DNA from: Chiloscyllium plagiosum
Taxonomy: Eukaryota
Direction of reading: 5' to 3'
Assembly: GCF_004010195.1 (NCBI RefSeq)
Contig: NC_057749.1
Location: 15,309,726 to 15,373,725, forward strand
DNA length: 64,000 nt
Part shown: piece by piece, positions 37,021 through 48,098 of the stretch
Layout of the letters: each line of letters begins with the position of its first letter
How positions within the stretch are numbered: the first letter of the stretch is position 1
Translations under genes and position numbers: made by a program
Notes under the pieces: generated by a model
Told to the model about the DNA's origin: nothing
Database searches by the model: none
Seen by the model: only the letters and a program-made list of their open reading frames with translations

Positions 37021-37639
37021 TTGCCTTCGAGTTGGTAAAGGAGACATCTGGTTCCCAGCACTTGGATTTGAATCAAACTGGTTTGTTTGACTGACATCTC
37101 CCAGACTGACACTAAGATGCTCACTGTGTTGGAACACTGCTTTATAATCTTGTTAACAGCTGGAGACAAATTTCATCCAGACAGATAAGGCCCTTTCCGA
37201 ACAGCGGGATCCTTCATCTACTCAGGAGAAAATATGTTCCGCAGTCAGTTGGCTCTGTCAGAGTCTTTGATCGAGAGGTCAGAAAACACATGAAATCACA
37301 AAATAAATATGTTTGTTGAAGGCCAATTTAGCTGTTCATACAGACATCCATATAGGAGCAGAAACAGACTATTCATCCCTGTTCTGCCATTCCTTAAGAT
37401 CATGATGATCTGTTAAGATTCTGAATTCTATATTCCCACCTAATCCTGACAACCTTTGATCCTTGCCTAACAAGCATCTGTCGTCTTCTATTTTTGAAAT
37501 ATTTGCTGACCCTGCCTCCATTGCCCTCTGAAGCACAGAGCTCTAAAGCCATAAAACCCTCTGAGAGAAATACAATTCTTTACTCTGTCCTGAAAGGATC
37601 GATCCAAATGTTCAAACTGTGACTTATCCTTGTGGAATG

Positions 37640-38910
37640 AGCAAGGAGGGCAGTCTAAAGGCATGTCTGTCAGCAGGTCTGTCTCAAAACTCCGAGACTT
37701 GTGTCTTGGCTCCACCCTCTGCTAGTGGATCCTCAGCTTTCTGGCCATCAGACCGCAATCAGTGAAGACAGACAACACCATCTCCTCCACGATAACACTC
37801 GATACAGACACCCCCACCACACCAAAGGATGCATTCTCAGCCCCCCTGCTGTACTCCCTGTACACCCACTACTGTGTTACCATATTCTAAACAAACATCA
37901 TATACAAGTTTACCGATAACACCACCACAGTAGGACGGATATCAAACAATGATGAGGCAGATTACAGGAAGGAGATCGAGGGTTTGGTGACCCGGTGAGA
38001 TGAGAACAACCTCTCTCTCAATGTTGGCAAAACTAAAGAACTAATCATTGACTTCAGAGAGAAGGAAGGAGAACGTGCCCCTATTCACATCAACCGAGTG
38101 GACGTTGACAGGTTTGAAAGCATCAAGTTCCTAGAAGTGACGATAGCCGAAATCCCCCTCCTAGATTTCCCATGTTGATGTGATGGTCAGGAAGGCACAG
38201 CCATGACTCCTCTTCCTCAGGCAGCTCAGGAGATTTGGCTTCTCCATAAGGACCCTCACCAACTTCTACAGATGCACTACAGAAAGCATTCCATCTGGAT
38301 GCATCATGGCTTGGTACAGCAACTGCTCTGCCCAGGACCGTAAGAAACTACAGAAGGTTGTGTGCCCAATCCAGTCCATCACAGAAGCGAACCTCCCATC
38401 CATGGATCCATTTACACATAGTGTTGCTGTGGAAAGGCTGCCAACATCATCAAAGATCCCTCCCACCCTGGTAAAGCTCTCTTCTAACCTCTTCCATCAG
38501 GCAGAAGATACAGGACCTTGAACATATGCACCAGCAGCTTCAAGAATAGCTTATTCGCTGCCATTATTAGACTGCTGAATGGTCTCTTTAACTTCAAATA
38601 ATGCTGATCTTGTCAATGTTGATCTTGTCCAGTGCACGTCCTGTGCGGTAAAACCTATATGTCTTACACTGTCCAAGTATTATTTTCATCCTCGCTTTCT
38701 ATGATCTGGCTGTACTGCTCACAAACAAGGCTTTTCACTAATGCTGATCTTGTCAATGTTGATCTTGTCCAGTGCACGTCCTGTGTGGTAAAACCGATAT
38801 GTCTTACACTGTCCAAGTATTATTTTCATCCTCGCTTTCTATGATCTGGCTGTACTGCTCACAAACAAGGCTTTTCACTGTACTCAGGTACACATGACAA
38901 TACATCAAAT
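37640..38910 (+). mobile_element. Rex1/Babar-like LINE RT and 3' end
   Basis: GCILSP.LYSLYTH, LSLNVGKTKELIIDFR and AWYSNCSAQDRKKLQKVV; tail cttttcactgtactcaggtacacatgacaata. Confidence 0.85.
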
Positions 38911-39124
38911 CATCATTATCATGGGGCTAGATCCATGCAGTTAAACTGGCACTCATCATCCACGGGAATGCAGATCTCTTTAGCCTCTTTCAATTGGCCT
39001 TATGCAGTATCTGATAACCCTAATTGGCTACACTGCTGCTAGTGGGCTGAGCCCAGCAAAATCTAACCCCTGTCCTTCAGGAAAATGTCCTGGGAGGGAG
39101 ATGGAGCCACGAACAGACATGGGG

Positions 39125-39445
39125 AGGGGTAATGTCACTGAACTAGTAATGCAGCATCTCCCAGGTTAATGTTCTGGGGATATAGGTTCCAATCCCATCA
39201 TGCCTGATGCTGAAATTTGGATTAGAAAAAAACCTAATGATCACCATTAACTGCTGGCAATTGTCTTCCAAAAACATGCAGTTCATTAATGTCCTTTAGG
39301 GGAGGAAATCTGCCATCCTTACCCGGACTGGATTATCTGCAATTCCAGACCCACAGCAAGATGGTTGTCTCTTATATACTTACTGGGCAATTAGGGATCA
39401 GCAATAAATGCTGACCGAGGCAGTGATGCCCAGAAACCATTAATT
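39125..39445 (+). mobile_element. tRNA-derived SINE
   Basis: ggtaatgtcactgaactagtaat...ggttccaatccc...ccagacccacagcaa...gggcaattagggat. Confidence 0.65.
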
Positions 39446-39539
39446 AGTTTAAAAAGGTGTTTTAAACAAGCTATTTCCAGCTCACCCATCATTGTTCCTG
39501 GCTCCAGAAAGGATAAAAGTCAAATTCTTGGTGTTAGAT

Positions 39540-40322
39540 TAGGAATTGAATTGAATTGCATTGAATTGAATTGAATTTATTGTTACCTGTACCGAGGCAC
39601 AGTGAAACGCTTTGTCTTGCGAGCAATACAGGCAGATCACAGAGTTAAGTAGCATAGACAAGTAAATAATAGGTAAACAGCAGCAAGAACAGAAATGCAG
39701 GTAAAGGCGAATGTTAAGAGTTTGTGAGTCCATTCGGTGTTCTAACAACAGTAGGGTAGAAACTGTTTCGAAACCAGCTGGTGCGTGTGTTCAGGCTTCT
39801 GTACCTTCTCCCCGATGGTAGAGATTGCTAAAAAACATTGTCAAGGTGGGATAGATCTTTGAGAATGCTGGAGGCCTTTTCTTGACAGTAGGCCTGGTAG
39901 ATGGCTTCTATAGATGGGAGGTTGGCCTTTCTGATTGTCCGGGCCAAGTTCACCACTCTCTGTAACCCTCTCCGATTTTGAATGGTACAGATGCCATACC
40001 AGGTAGTGACACATCCAGACAGAATGCTCTCAATGGCGCACCTATAAAAGTTGGCAAGGGTATTCACTGTCATGCCAAATTTCCTCAGCTGTCTGAGGAA
40101 GAAGAGACATTGTTGACCCTTTGTAACCAGTGCGTCCACATAAGGAGTCCAAGAAAGCTTATTGTGGATGATCACTCCCAGGAGGTTAACATTCTCCACT
40201 TGTTCCACCTCTGTGCTGTTAATGTGTAGGGGGGCATGAGTAACATCCCGCCAAAAGTCAATAATGAGTTTCTTGGTTCTGCTAGCATTGAGAGCTAGGT
40301 TGTTCTCAGCGCACCATTTTTC
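39540..40322 (-). mobile_element. Rex1/Babar-like LINE 3' fragment
   Basis: ORF 39828..40208 LSWTPYVDALVTKGQQCLFFLRQLRKFG...FYRCAIESILSGC; (caatt)n tail. Confidence 0.85.
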
Positions 40323-40395
40323 TTAATGAATTAAGAACAGTAGTACAGTAGTTGCAAGTCCATCAGACTAACTGTGTCTTGGTTGTGGTGTACAG

Positions 40396-40520
40396 AGAGC
40401 GATTGATTTCCTGGAGGATGAAAAGCACGATCTCATATCAACGATTACACTTAACCTCAAAGAGCAACAACAGCTGATACAGGTGAAGATGGGACTGAGT
40501 CTTGAGCTTGCCACCTACAG
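40396..40520 (+). CDS. SYNM: Synemin exon 2 (coil 2B)
   Basis: tacag|AGA...; RAIDFLEDEKHDLISTITLNLKEQQQLIQVKMGLSLELATY(R); 125 nt; donor AG|GTAATG; frame matches exon 1. Confidence 0.93.
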
Positions 40521-41602
40521 GTAATGTTTACTTCATTTACTGTTTGACAGGAGGTTTGAATCTAAAAGAAGTGAGGATAACTTCCAGTCTGAGCCACACA
40601 CAATTCAAATTCGTAAAAAAATGTGAACAAGGTGCATGCATAAGGTATGCACCAAGGAGTCAAGCCATTCCACAGATTTGCAGGTGAATGCGTTAGGGTG
40701 AGTAGAAGACTTTTCTCATGCTTTCATGGGATGTGGGTGTTGCTGGTAAAGCCAGCATTTTTTGGCCATTCCTAATTTCACTTGAACTGAGTGTATTGCT
40801 AGGCAATTGGGGAGGGCAGTTAAGAGTCAACCATATTGCTGTGGGAGTATCGGGAACTAGGGATCACTCATTCAAAACAACAAAGAGGCAAAATTGTTTC
40901 CTCTGAGGGTCATGAGTCTTTGCAACGCACTTCCTGAAAAGGCAATGCAAGAGGCCTTGGAGAGTTTTAAGGTGTAAGTAATGTTGACAAGTAAAGAAGG
41001 GAAAAGTTATCAGGGGTCAGTGAGAATATGGATTTGAGGTTATGATCAAATTAACCATGATTTCATTGAATGGCCCAATCCTTAATTTGTACGTACACCA
41101 GAGAAGGATGGCAGATTTCCTTCCCTAAAGTACATTAGTGAATCAGATGGGATTTTATAGTCATTGTAAATAATTGTCACCATTGTTGCTGACTATCTTT
41201 ATATTCCTGAAAATATTATCAAATTTAAGTTCTATCCATCTTCCATGGTGGGATTTGAACCCATGTCCCCAAGGGACAAAGTCAAGAGTACTAGGCCAGC
41301 AACATCCCCACTATTTTCCTGAAAACAAAGGACAACAAGATAACTGGTGAGTCTCGATTTCGATTCAGCTTAGGGGGGGAGGAAGGGCATTTGAAACAGG
41401 GAACAGGACAGTTGAATGAACAGCAATCATAATATCAGTGAATAAGCACAAGCAAGATTGCAGTGGAAATAAAAAAGAGGGATACCAAAGTTGTGATAAA
41501 TATTACTTCTTAGATTATCACCTTTTTATTCTATTTGTATTCAGGAGTGGGAGGACTGGAAGAGTTCCCTATTATACAAGTCTTGGATTGATTTGGAATT
41601 TA

Positions 41603-41839
41603 TAGAGTTGAACAATGTGGCGCTGGAAAAGCAAAGCAGGTCAGGCAGCATCCGAGAAGCAGGAGAGTCGACGTCTCAGGCATAAGCCCTTCATCAGGAA
41701 GGATTTGAAAATCGTAATGAAGGGCTTATGCCTGAAACGTCAACCCTCCTGTTCCTCGGATGCTGCCTGACCTGCTGTGCTTTTCCAGCGCCACACTCTC
41801 GACTCAGATCTCCAGCACCTGCAGTCCTCACTTTCTTCC
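41603..41839. mobile_element. P2 Penelope-derived element with inverted arms
   Basis: Both arms reach the hammerhead region; TSD tggaattta at 41594-41602 and 41840-41848. Confidence 0.75.
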
Positions 41840-43109
41840 TGGAATTTAAGGACAGTTAAATCAAATAATTAGTAGACTAGAACAGATTGAATATTCACTA
41901 GACTATTGCAGAAATAAAAGAAAATGATAGTTGGAGGGAAACTTTAAAACTAAAGTAAAAACTGCTATCATCCTTTTACAGAAACCAATAAAACACAAAG
42001 ATATATCAATACTTATCTTTTACTATATTTTACGTGTAGATACAAAGATACAGGCCCAGTAACCTGAGATATTTATAAATAAATAGCTATAGACATTTAA
42101 AATTGAGTTCTGATGCTCCATTGTTATGCCACTCAGCAGGGGTTCCATAAAGATAACCCCCATGTGGGGATTGGTCTGCATCTAACCAGCCCAGGAGAAA
42201 GTTCAGATGCAGGAAAAAATATTTTACAAATGAAACCTCAGATGTATTTCTTTTTAAAATATGAGTAATCACCTCCGGAAACACAAGAATAGTACTGTCA
42301 ACAATTGTTATATTAGCAGGAGGTGCAAGGAGCTTGCAATTCCGGTCTTTTTCTCCTGGGACTTGGCTTGAAACCCAGTCCATACTTACAGGAACAGTGT
42401 CTCCTTAACTCACTGGTTGTAGGAATCAGATCTGAAGTGTGCTTGGGAAATTTCAATCTTACTGTGTACAACTTCACAAAGCAGCTGGTAATATCACACT
42501 GTTTCTATTTATTCTTTCATGGGATGTGAACATCACTGACAAAGTCAAAGTTTGTTGCTTAACCCAAATTGCCCTTGATCCGAGGGGTATTGCTAGGCCA
42601 TTTCAGGGGTGGTTATTGCTGTGGATCTGGAGTCAGATGTAGGTCAGCACATTTTCTTCCCTAAAGGGAATTGGTGAACCATTTTGGTTTTATGAAAATC
42701 AGTGATAGTTTCATGGTTAACAAAAATGAGTCCAGCTTTATTCTAGATTTATTAATTGAGTTCAAGTTCCACCACATGTCTCCAGATCATAAGTTTGAAC
42801 TGTTCGACACTATTCTAGAGACATTCACTCTATTCCACTGTCTTCATTTCCAATTAAATGATTGATCACGTTCGTGCAGCAAGAGATGCTTAATTAAATT
42901 GACTCTTGTCATTTTGCTAGAGAAAATACTGAGAGAGAGAGAGAGAGAGAGAGAGCTTTATCAACAGCTTATCCTGGTCCTGGCTGAGAACTGCTTGCAG
43001 TGACACCAGATAGAAAAGACTGAATTTTGTTTTTTCTTCAACACTCATGTATCACCTTGAAACATTGAAAGAAATTACAAAAACTACAACTCCACTAAGA
43101 TAAACCTAA

Positions 43110-43335
43110 AGAAATTCAGATGCTAGAAATCTGAAACAAGAACAGAAATTGCTGGAAAATCTCAGTAGGTGTGGCAGCTCCTGTGGAGAGAAATCAGAGG
43201 TAAGGTTTTGGGTCCGGTGACCCTTCCTTAAGACCAGTTCTTAGGAACGGTCACTCAACTTGAAACATTATCTCCGAGTTCTATCCGCAGATGCTGCCAG
43301 ACTTGCAGAGATTTTCCAGCAATTTCTGGTTTTGC
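43110..43335. mobile_element. Older Penelope-derived inverted-arm element
   Basis: cagatgctagaaatctg...gctggaaaatctcag / ctgccagacttgcagagattttccagcaatttct; related copies near 22015-22170 and 45230-45320. Confidence 0.5.
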
Positions 43336-44872
43336 TCCTTTAAAATAAATCCTGGACTAACTTCAGCTATTTTAAGAACAATTCTGCCTACTGAATAATT
43401 TCCTGGTCCCAATTCCCAGTGGCCTTTGTTAAATTCCATATCTTTGCTAAACGAGATTATCTCGATGGGGATTCCACAGTTGGCCCCATTGTATGTGGTT
43501 TAGGGAGGATTAAAACATTGGGGTTTCCTGACCATTTCTGAGTGCTGAGTTTCTCTGGAATCTGGGGGGAGAACACCCATTCAGACAACATACCATTAAT
43601 GTTGAATTGTAATTCAATGGACTGTCTATGTCTTACCGCTAAAGCCAATAGGAAATTCAGGCGCAATGTCTTTATGCAGAGACTGCTGGGAATGTGGAAC
43701 CAACCATATGAATAGTTGAGATGGGTAATCTAGATGAATTTAACAAGAAAGCTAGATCAGTCCAGAGAAAAGGTATAGAAGAATATGCTGATGGAGTTAA
43801 ATGAGAGCGAGTGAAGGAGCCTTGAGTGGAGCAGAAACATTAGCACAGAGAAGTTAACCTAAATACAGTAGCTTCTTCCTGTGTTATAGGTTCTATGTAC
43901 TCTCTACTTACATTAACACCTGAAAGATCAAACTGTACTCTGTAGATAGTTGGTGAAGCATAAATTCTGGCATGGGCCAGTTGGGCTGAATGGCCTGTTT
44001 CTTTGTTATTAAATTCAATGTAATGCTTCCAGTACTGGAAAGAAAACTAAAGGGAGATGGATAAAAAATAATTCAGGATAAATGTCAATGTCAAAGTATT
44101 GTTGTTCCCACTGCTACAGTTATCCTATAAATGCTGCATCAAGTGTTTTTCTTGGAATGAGTTTCTAGTGATTTCATGTTCCACTCTGGCAAATGGGTCA
44201 ACTGTTGCACTGAGCTGTGCCAGCTCTTAGCAAACTGTTCCATTCTGACTCCATGTTAAAAACACTCGAGCATTGTTTCAGAAAGGGCAGTTTGTGCTCA
44301 GTGCCTCTTTCTCTCCAAGCCTCGCTGACATCCTGCTCGCCTGCAGCATATCAATCGAGTCACTTCTCACCAACTGGATCACTGCAGTTTTACAAGTTCC
44401 AGGAATCTTTGAGTAATCTGATATTCCTTAACTCAGCCAACGCTATTAGTATGTCAACTGAAGGCAGGCTGTAGAAGGGAAAATGACATTCCTATGCCAA
44501 GAGTTCAGGGGTGGTGGTGAAAATCAGAATTAGACACTCTTTCTTTGAAGGGACTGATGAATCATCTGTAAAGGGGCCTGAAGAATCTGCATTTTTGCTG
44601 GAAATTATGGATTTGAATATTGTACAAGTTACTGTATGAAGTTTGATGCTTGTTTAGTGGAACAGTATTATACAGTAGTATCCAGTTTTATACTGGATTG
44701 TCCATCGGGGAGACTCCGATACCATCAAACCTTGGGCGGGTCTTATGTGAGGTGCACGTGTCCTCAACCTTTCCCAATGGTCACACAATGATTGGAGACC
44801 TTCTGATTACCCTATCTGGAATAAAAATGTAAACAAATGTGTCATACAATTGAGATTAAGTGTTTTTTTCAG

Positions 44873-44940
44873 GGCCTTGTTAGAAGGAGAACACGTCAAG
44901 CGTCACAGGATACCACAGCATTTGCGAAACCTCAGACAAG
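44873..44940 (+). CDS. SYNM: Synemin exon 3 (end of rod)
   Basis: tttttttcag|G GCC TTG TTA GAA GGA GAA completes the IF termination motif TYRALLEGE; 68 nt; donor AAG|GTAAAA, phase 1. Confidence 0.92.
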
Positions 44941-45758
44941 GTAAAACTATTTTAAAAGGGATGTATTTCTTTGGATCACTCACACTCCTTGGTATTTAAC
45001 CATGAACTATGTACAAAATTGCTGTAAAGTATTCTTAACACTATTCATATTGATGGATGTGACCCGCAACTTCTTCTGACTGCAGGTCCTACTTTCTGAA
45101 ATCTATTGGCTGATTTGTTTAAGAGTGGCATTATGTAGTTTTGGCGAAGTGGTCTAAGTTTTGCATCCTAATCTATATGAGAGTAGTGAATGTGTGATTG
45201 AACTCAAGGGCTCAATCAGAAAAAGAGATTTGATGGAAGAGTCAGCCATCTGAAACATTACCTCTATTTTTCACTCTACAGATCCAGCTTGATCTGCTGA
45301 ATATTTCCAGAGTTCTCTGCTTACATCAGAGAAAAGTCCACTGTTGCTAATATTTGAAAGTACAGATGCAATCCTGTAGATGCATCAACGAGGTGCTAGT
45401 GATAGATGGGGGCTATCTCTTCCAAGGAAGCCCCAATGAACCACAGGGAGTGGTGAGGTCAATAGCAGACCTTCCCCTGAGATAAAACCCCACACAGCGA
45501 GAGCTGCCAGCCAACTGGAGACAGGCCAGCCTGTGCTCAGCAGCGCCCCCAAGGATGCTGTGACTTCTGGCAGAACAGCACCCCTTAAGTCGATATTCAC
45601 AATACACCCAGGATTAAGGCCAATGAAAGAATCATAGGGTACGGTCCCCGTGGTCAAATTCCTGACCAACATTCAGATCTTCAATCTGGTACAGATTGCC
45701 TTTGATGTAGGCTCCATCCTTCCTCCCTACCCCAAGATGACAGGCTACCCATAGGGTA

Positions 45759-46882
45759 CTGGATTAGTGGTGCTGGAAGAGCACAGCAGTTCAGGCAGCA
45801 TCCAAGGAGCTTCAATATTGACGTTTCGGGCAAAAACCCTTCATCAGGAATAAAGGCAGTGAGCCTGAAGCGTGGAGAGATAAGCTAGAGGAGGGTGGGG
45901 GTGGGGAGAAAGTAGCATAGAGTATAATGGGTGCGTGGAGGAGGGGATGAAGGTGATAGGTCAGGGAGGAGAGGGTGGAGTGGATAGGTGGAAAAGGAGN
46001 NNNNNNNNNNNNNNNNNNNNNNNNNNNNNNNNNNNNNNNNNNNNNNNNNNNNNNNNNNNNNNNNNNNNNNNNNNNNNNNNNNNNNNNNNNNNNNNNNNNN
46101 NNNNNNNNNNNNNNNNNNNNNNNNNNNNNNNNNNNNNNNNNNNNNNNNNNNNNNNNNNNNNNNNNNNNNNNNNNNNNNNNNNNNNNNNNNNNNNNNNNNN
46201 NNNNNNNNNNNNNNNNNNNNNNNNNNNNNNNNNNNNNNNNNNNNNNNNNNNNNNNNNNNNNNNNNNNNNNNNNNNNNNNNNNNNNNNNNNNNNNNNNNNN
46301 NNNNNNNNNNNNNNNNNNNNNNNNNNNNNNNNNNNNNNNNNNNNNNNNNNNNNNNNNNNNNNNNNNNNNNNNNNNNNNNNNNNNNNNNNNNNNNNNNNNN
46401 NNNNNNNNNNNNNNNNNNNNNNNNNNNNNNNNNNNNNNNNNNNNNNNNNNNNNNNNNNNNNNNNNNNNNNNNNNNNNNNNNNNNNNNNNNNNNNNNNNNN
46501 NNNNNNNNNNNNNNNNNNNNNNNNNNNNNNNNNNNNNNNNNNNNNNNNNNNNNNNNNNNNNNNNNNNNNNNNNNNNNNNNNNNNNNNNNNNNNNNNNNNN
46601 NNNNNNNNNNNNNNNNNNNNNNNNNNNNNNNNNNNNNNNNNNNNNNNNNNNNNNNNNNNNNNNNNNNNNNNNNNNNNNNNNNNNNNNNNNNNNNNNNNNN
46701 NNNNNNNNNNNNNNNNNNNNNNNNNNNNNNNNNNNNNNNNNNNNNNNNNNNNNNNNNNNNNNNATGAAGGGCTTTTGCCCGAAACGTCGATTTCGAAGCT
46801 CCTCGGATGCTGCCTGAATTGCTGTGCTCTTCCAGCACCACTGATCCAGAATCTGGTTTCCAGCATCTGCAGTCATTGTTTT
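45759..46882. mobile_element. Longer P2-variant Penelope element spanning the assembly gap
   Basis: Inverted termini on both sides of the gap; 13-bp TSD tacccatagggta at 45746-45758 and 46883-46895. Confidence 0.75.
46000..46763. other. Assembly gap (N run)
   Basis: 764 consecutive N. Confidence 1.
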
Positions 46883-48098
46883 TACCCATAGGGTAGCAAT
46901 TTTTGGGAATGTTCTATTTGTGTTAATCCCAGTGACAAGAGGATGGGGCAATTAAGAGGTCCTTAATTGGTGATGAGAGAGGAAAGTCAATGCTGGGCCT
47001 TCTAGGCCCTGAATTTAACTGTGGTGGTGATGAGAAGGTGGTGGTGCCCCACTGCCTTGGCTAATTACTCGTCCTTCTCATTCCCAAACTGGCCACCTTG
47101 AGAGAAGATTCTATCCTACAGGCTGGGAGAGGCCTGGGGCATGCTCAGCTGTAATCCTGACAATCACAAAAGAGGAATGGTCATGAGATAGATGTTGGGA
47201 TGACAGTATTAGTGTGATAACAGGAGTCTGTGGCTTTACAAGTACGGGAGATTTTCAAACAAACAGACACTTTGTTTAGTTTTATTTGCTAAATTGGTTT
47301 CCCACACACCCCCCTTTCCTGTACACATTTTAAATGGCCCAACTCCTGTTATGTCTCAGATTAATTAGCTCAGTTTACATTCTCTGCATTCCTAGATTTC
47401 TTAATGCAGCATGGGAATTAAACATAAGATCTTCTGATCTGTGTAGCTCCGTACAGCATTGGCCAGTACTTCTCCTCATGTAATTAATAAGGAAACCTTT
47501 TTTTTTCTGGTAATTAAAAAGAATCTATGAATCTGGATAAGATCAGATTATGCCGCATCTTAGGACCATTATATATTTGCTGTTGAGGGAGTGCTGTGTG
47601 GATTTGCTGACACACGAAGGTTACATTATGAAGACAGATTACACAAATGTTTTTCGTACGTCAGAAGGTTAAGGGGTGACTTAATTGAAATCTTCAAGAT
47701 GTTAAGAAAGAGAGAGATCAGATGAAGAGATCAGATGTTTTGTAATGTGGGGAGGCTAAAGCTCAGGTGCATGGTTTAAGGAGCAGATCATTCAAAGTGA
47801 AATTAGGAAACGAGCAAAGGGTGGTAGAGACTCTTCCACAAATGGCAATTAATTCCAGATCAATCTTGAACTCTAAACCTTAGATAAATATTTGTGAACC
47901 AAGGGTGTTAAGGGATATGGGAGAAAAGAAGGAATATGGAGTTAAACAGCAGATCTACCAAGATCTCATTGATGTACAGACTTGATGGGTTGAATAGTTG
48001 ACTCCTGTTTCTATCTCAGGACTGAAAACAGTAAGGTGTTTGGTACGTTATTGAATGTCAAAATGGGCTCATATTAAATTTCTTATTTGTTTCAACAG

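Noticed and set aside
45812..46951. Six long ORFs
   Set aside because: Artefacts of translating through the N gap.
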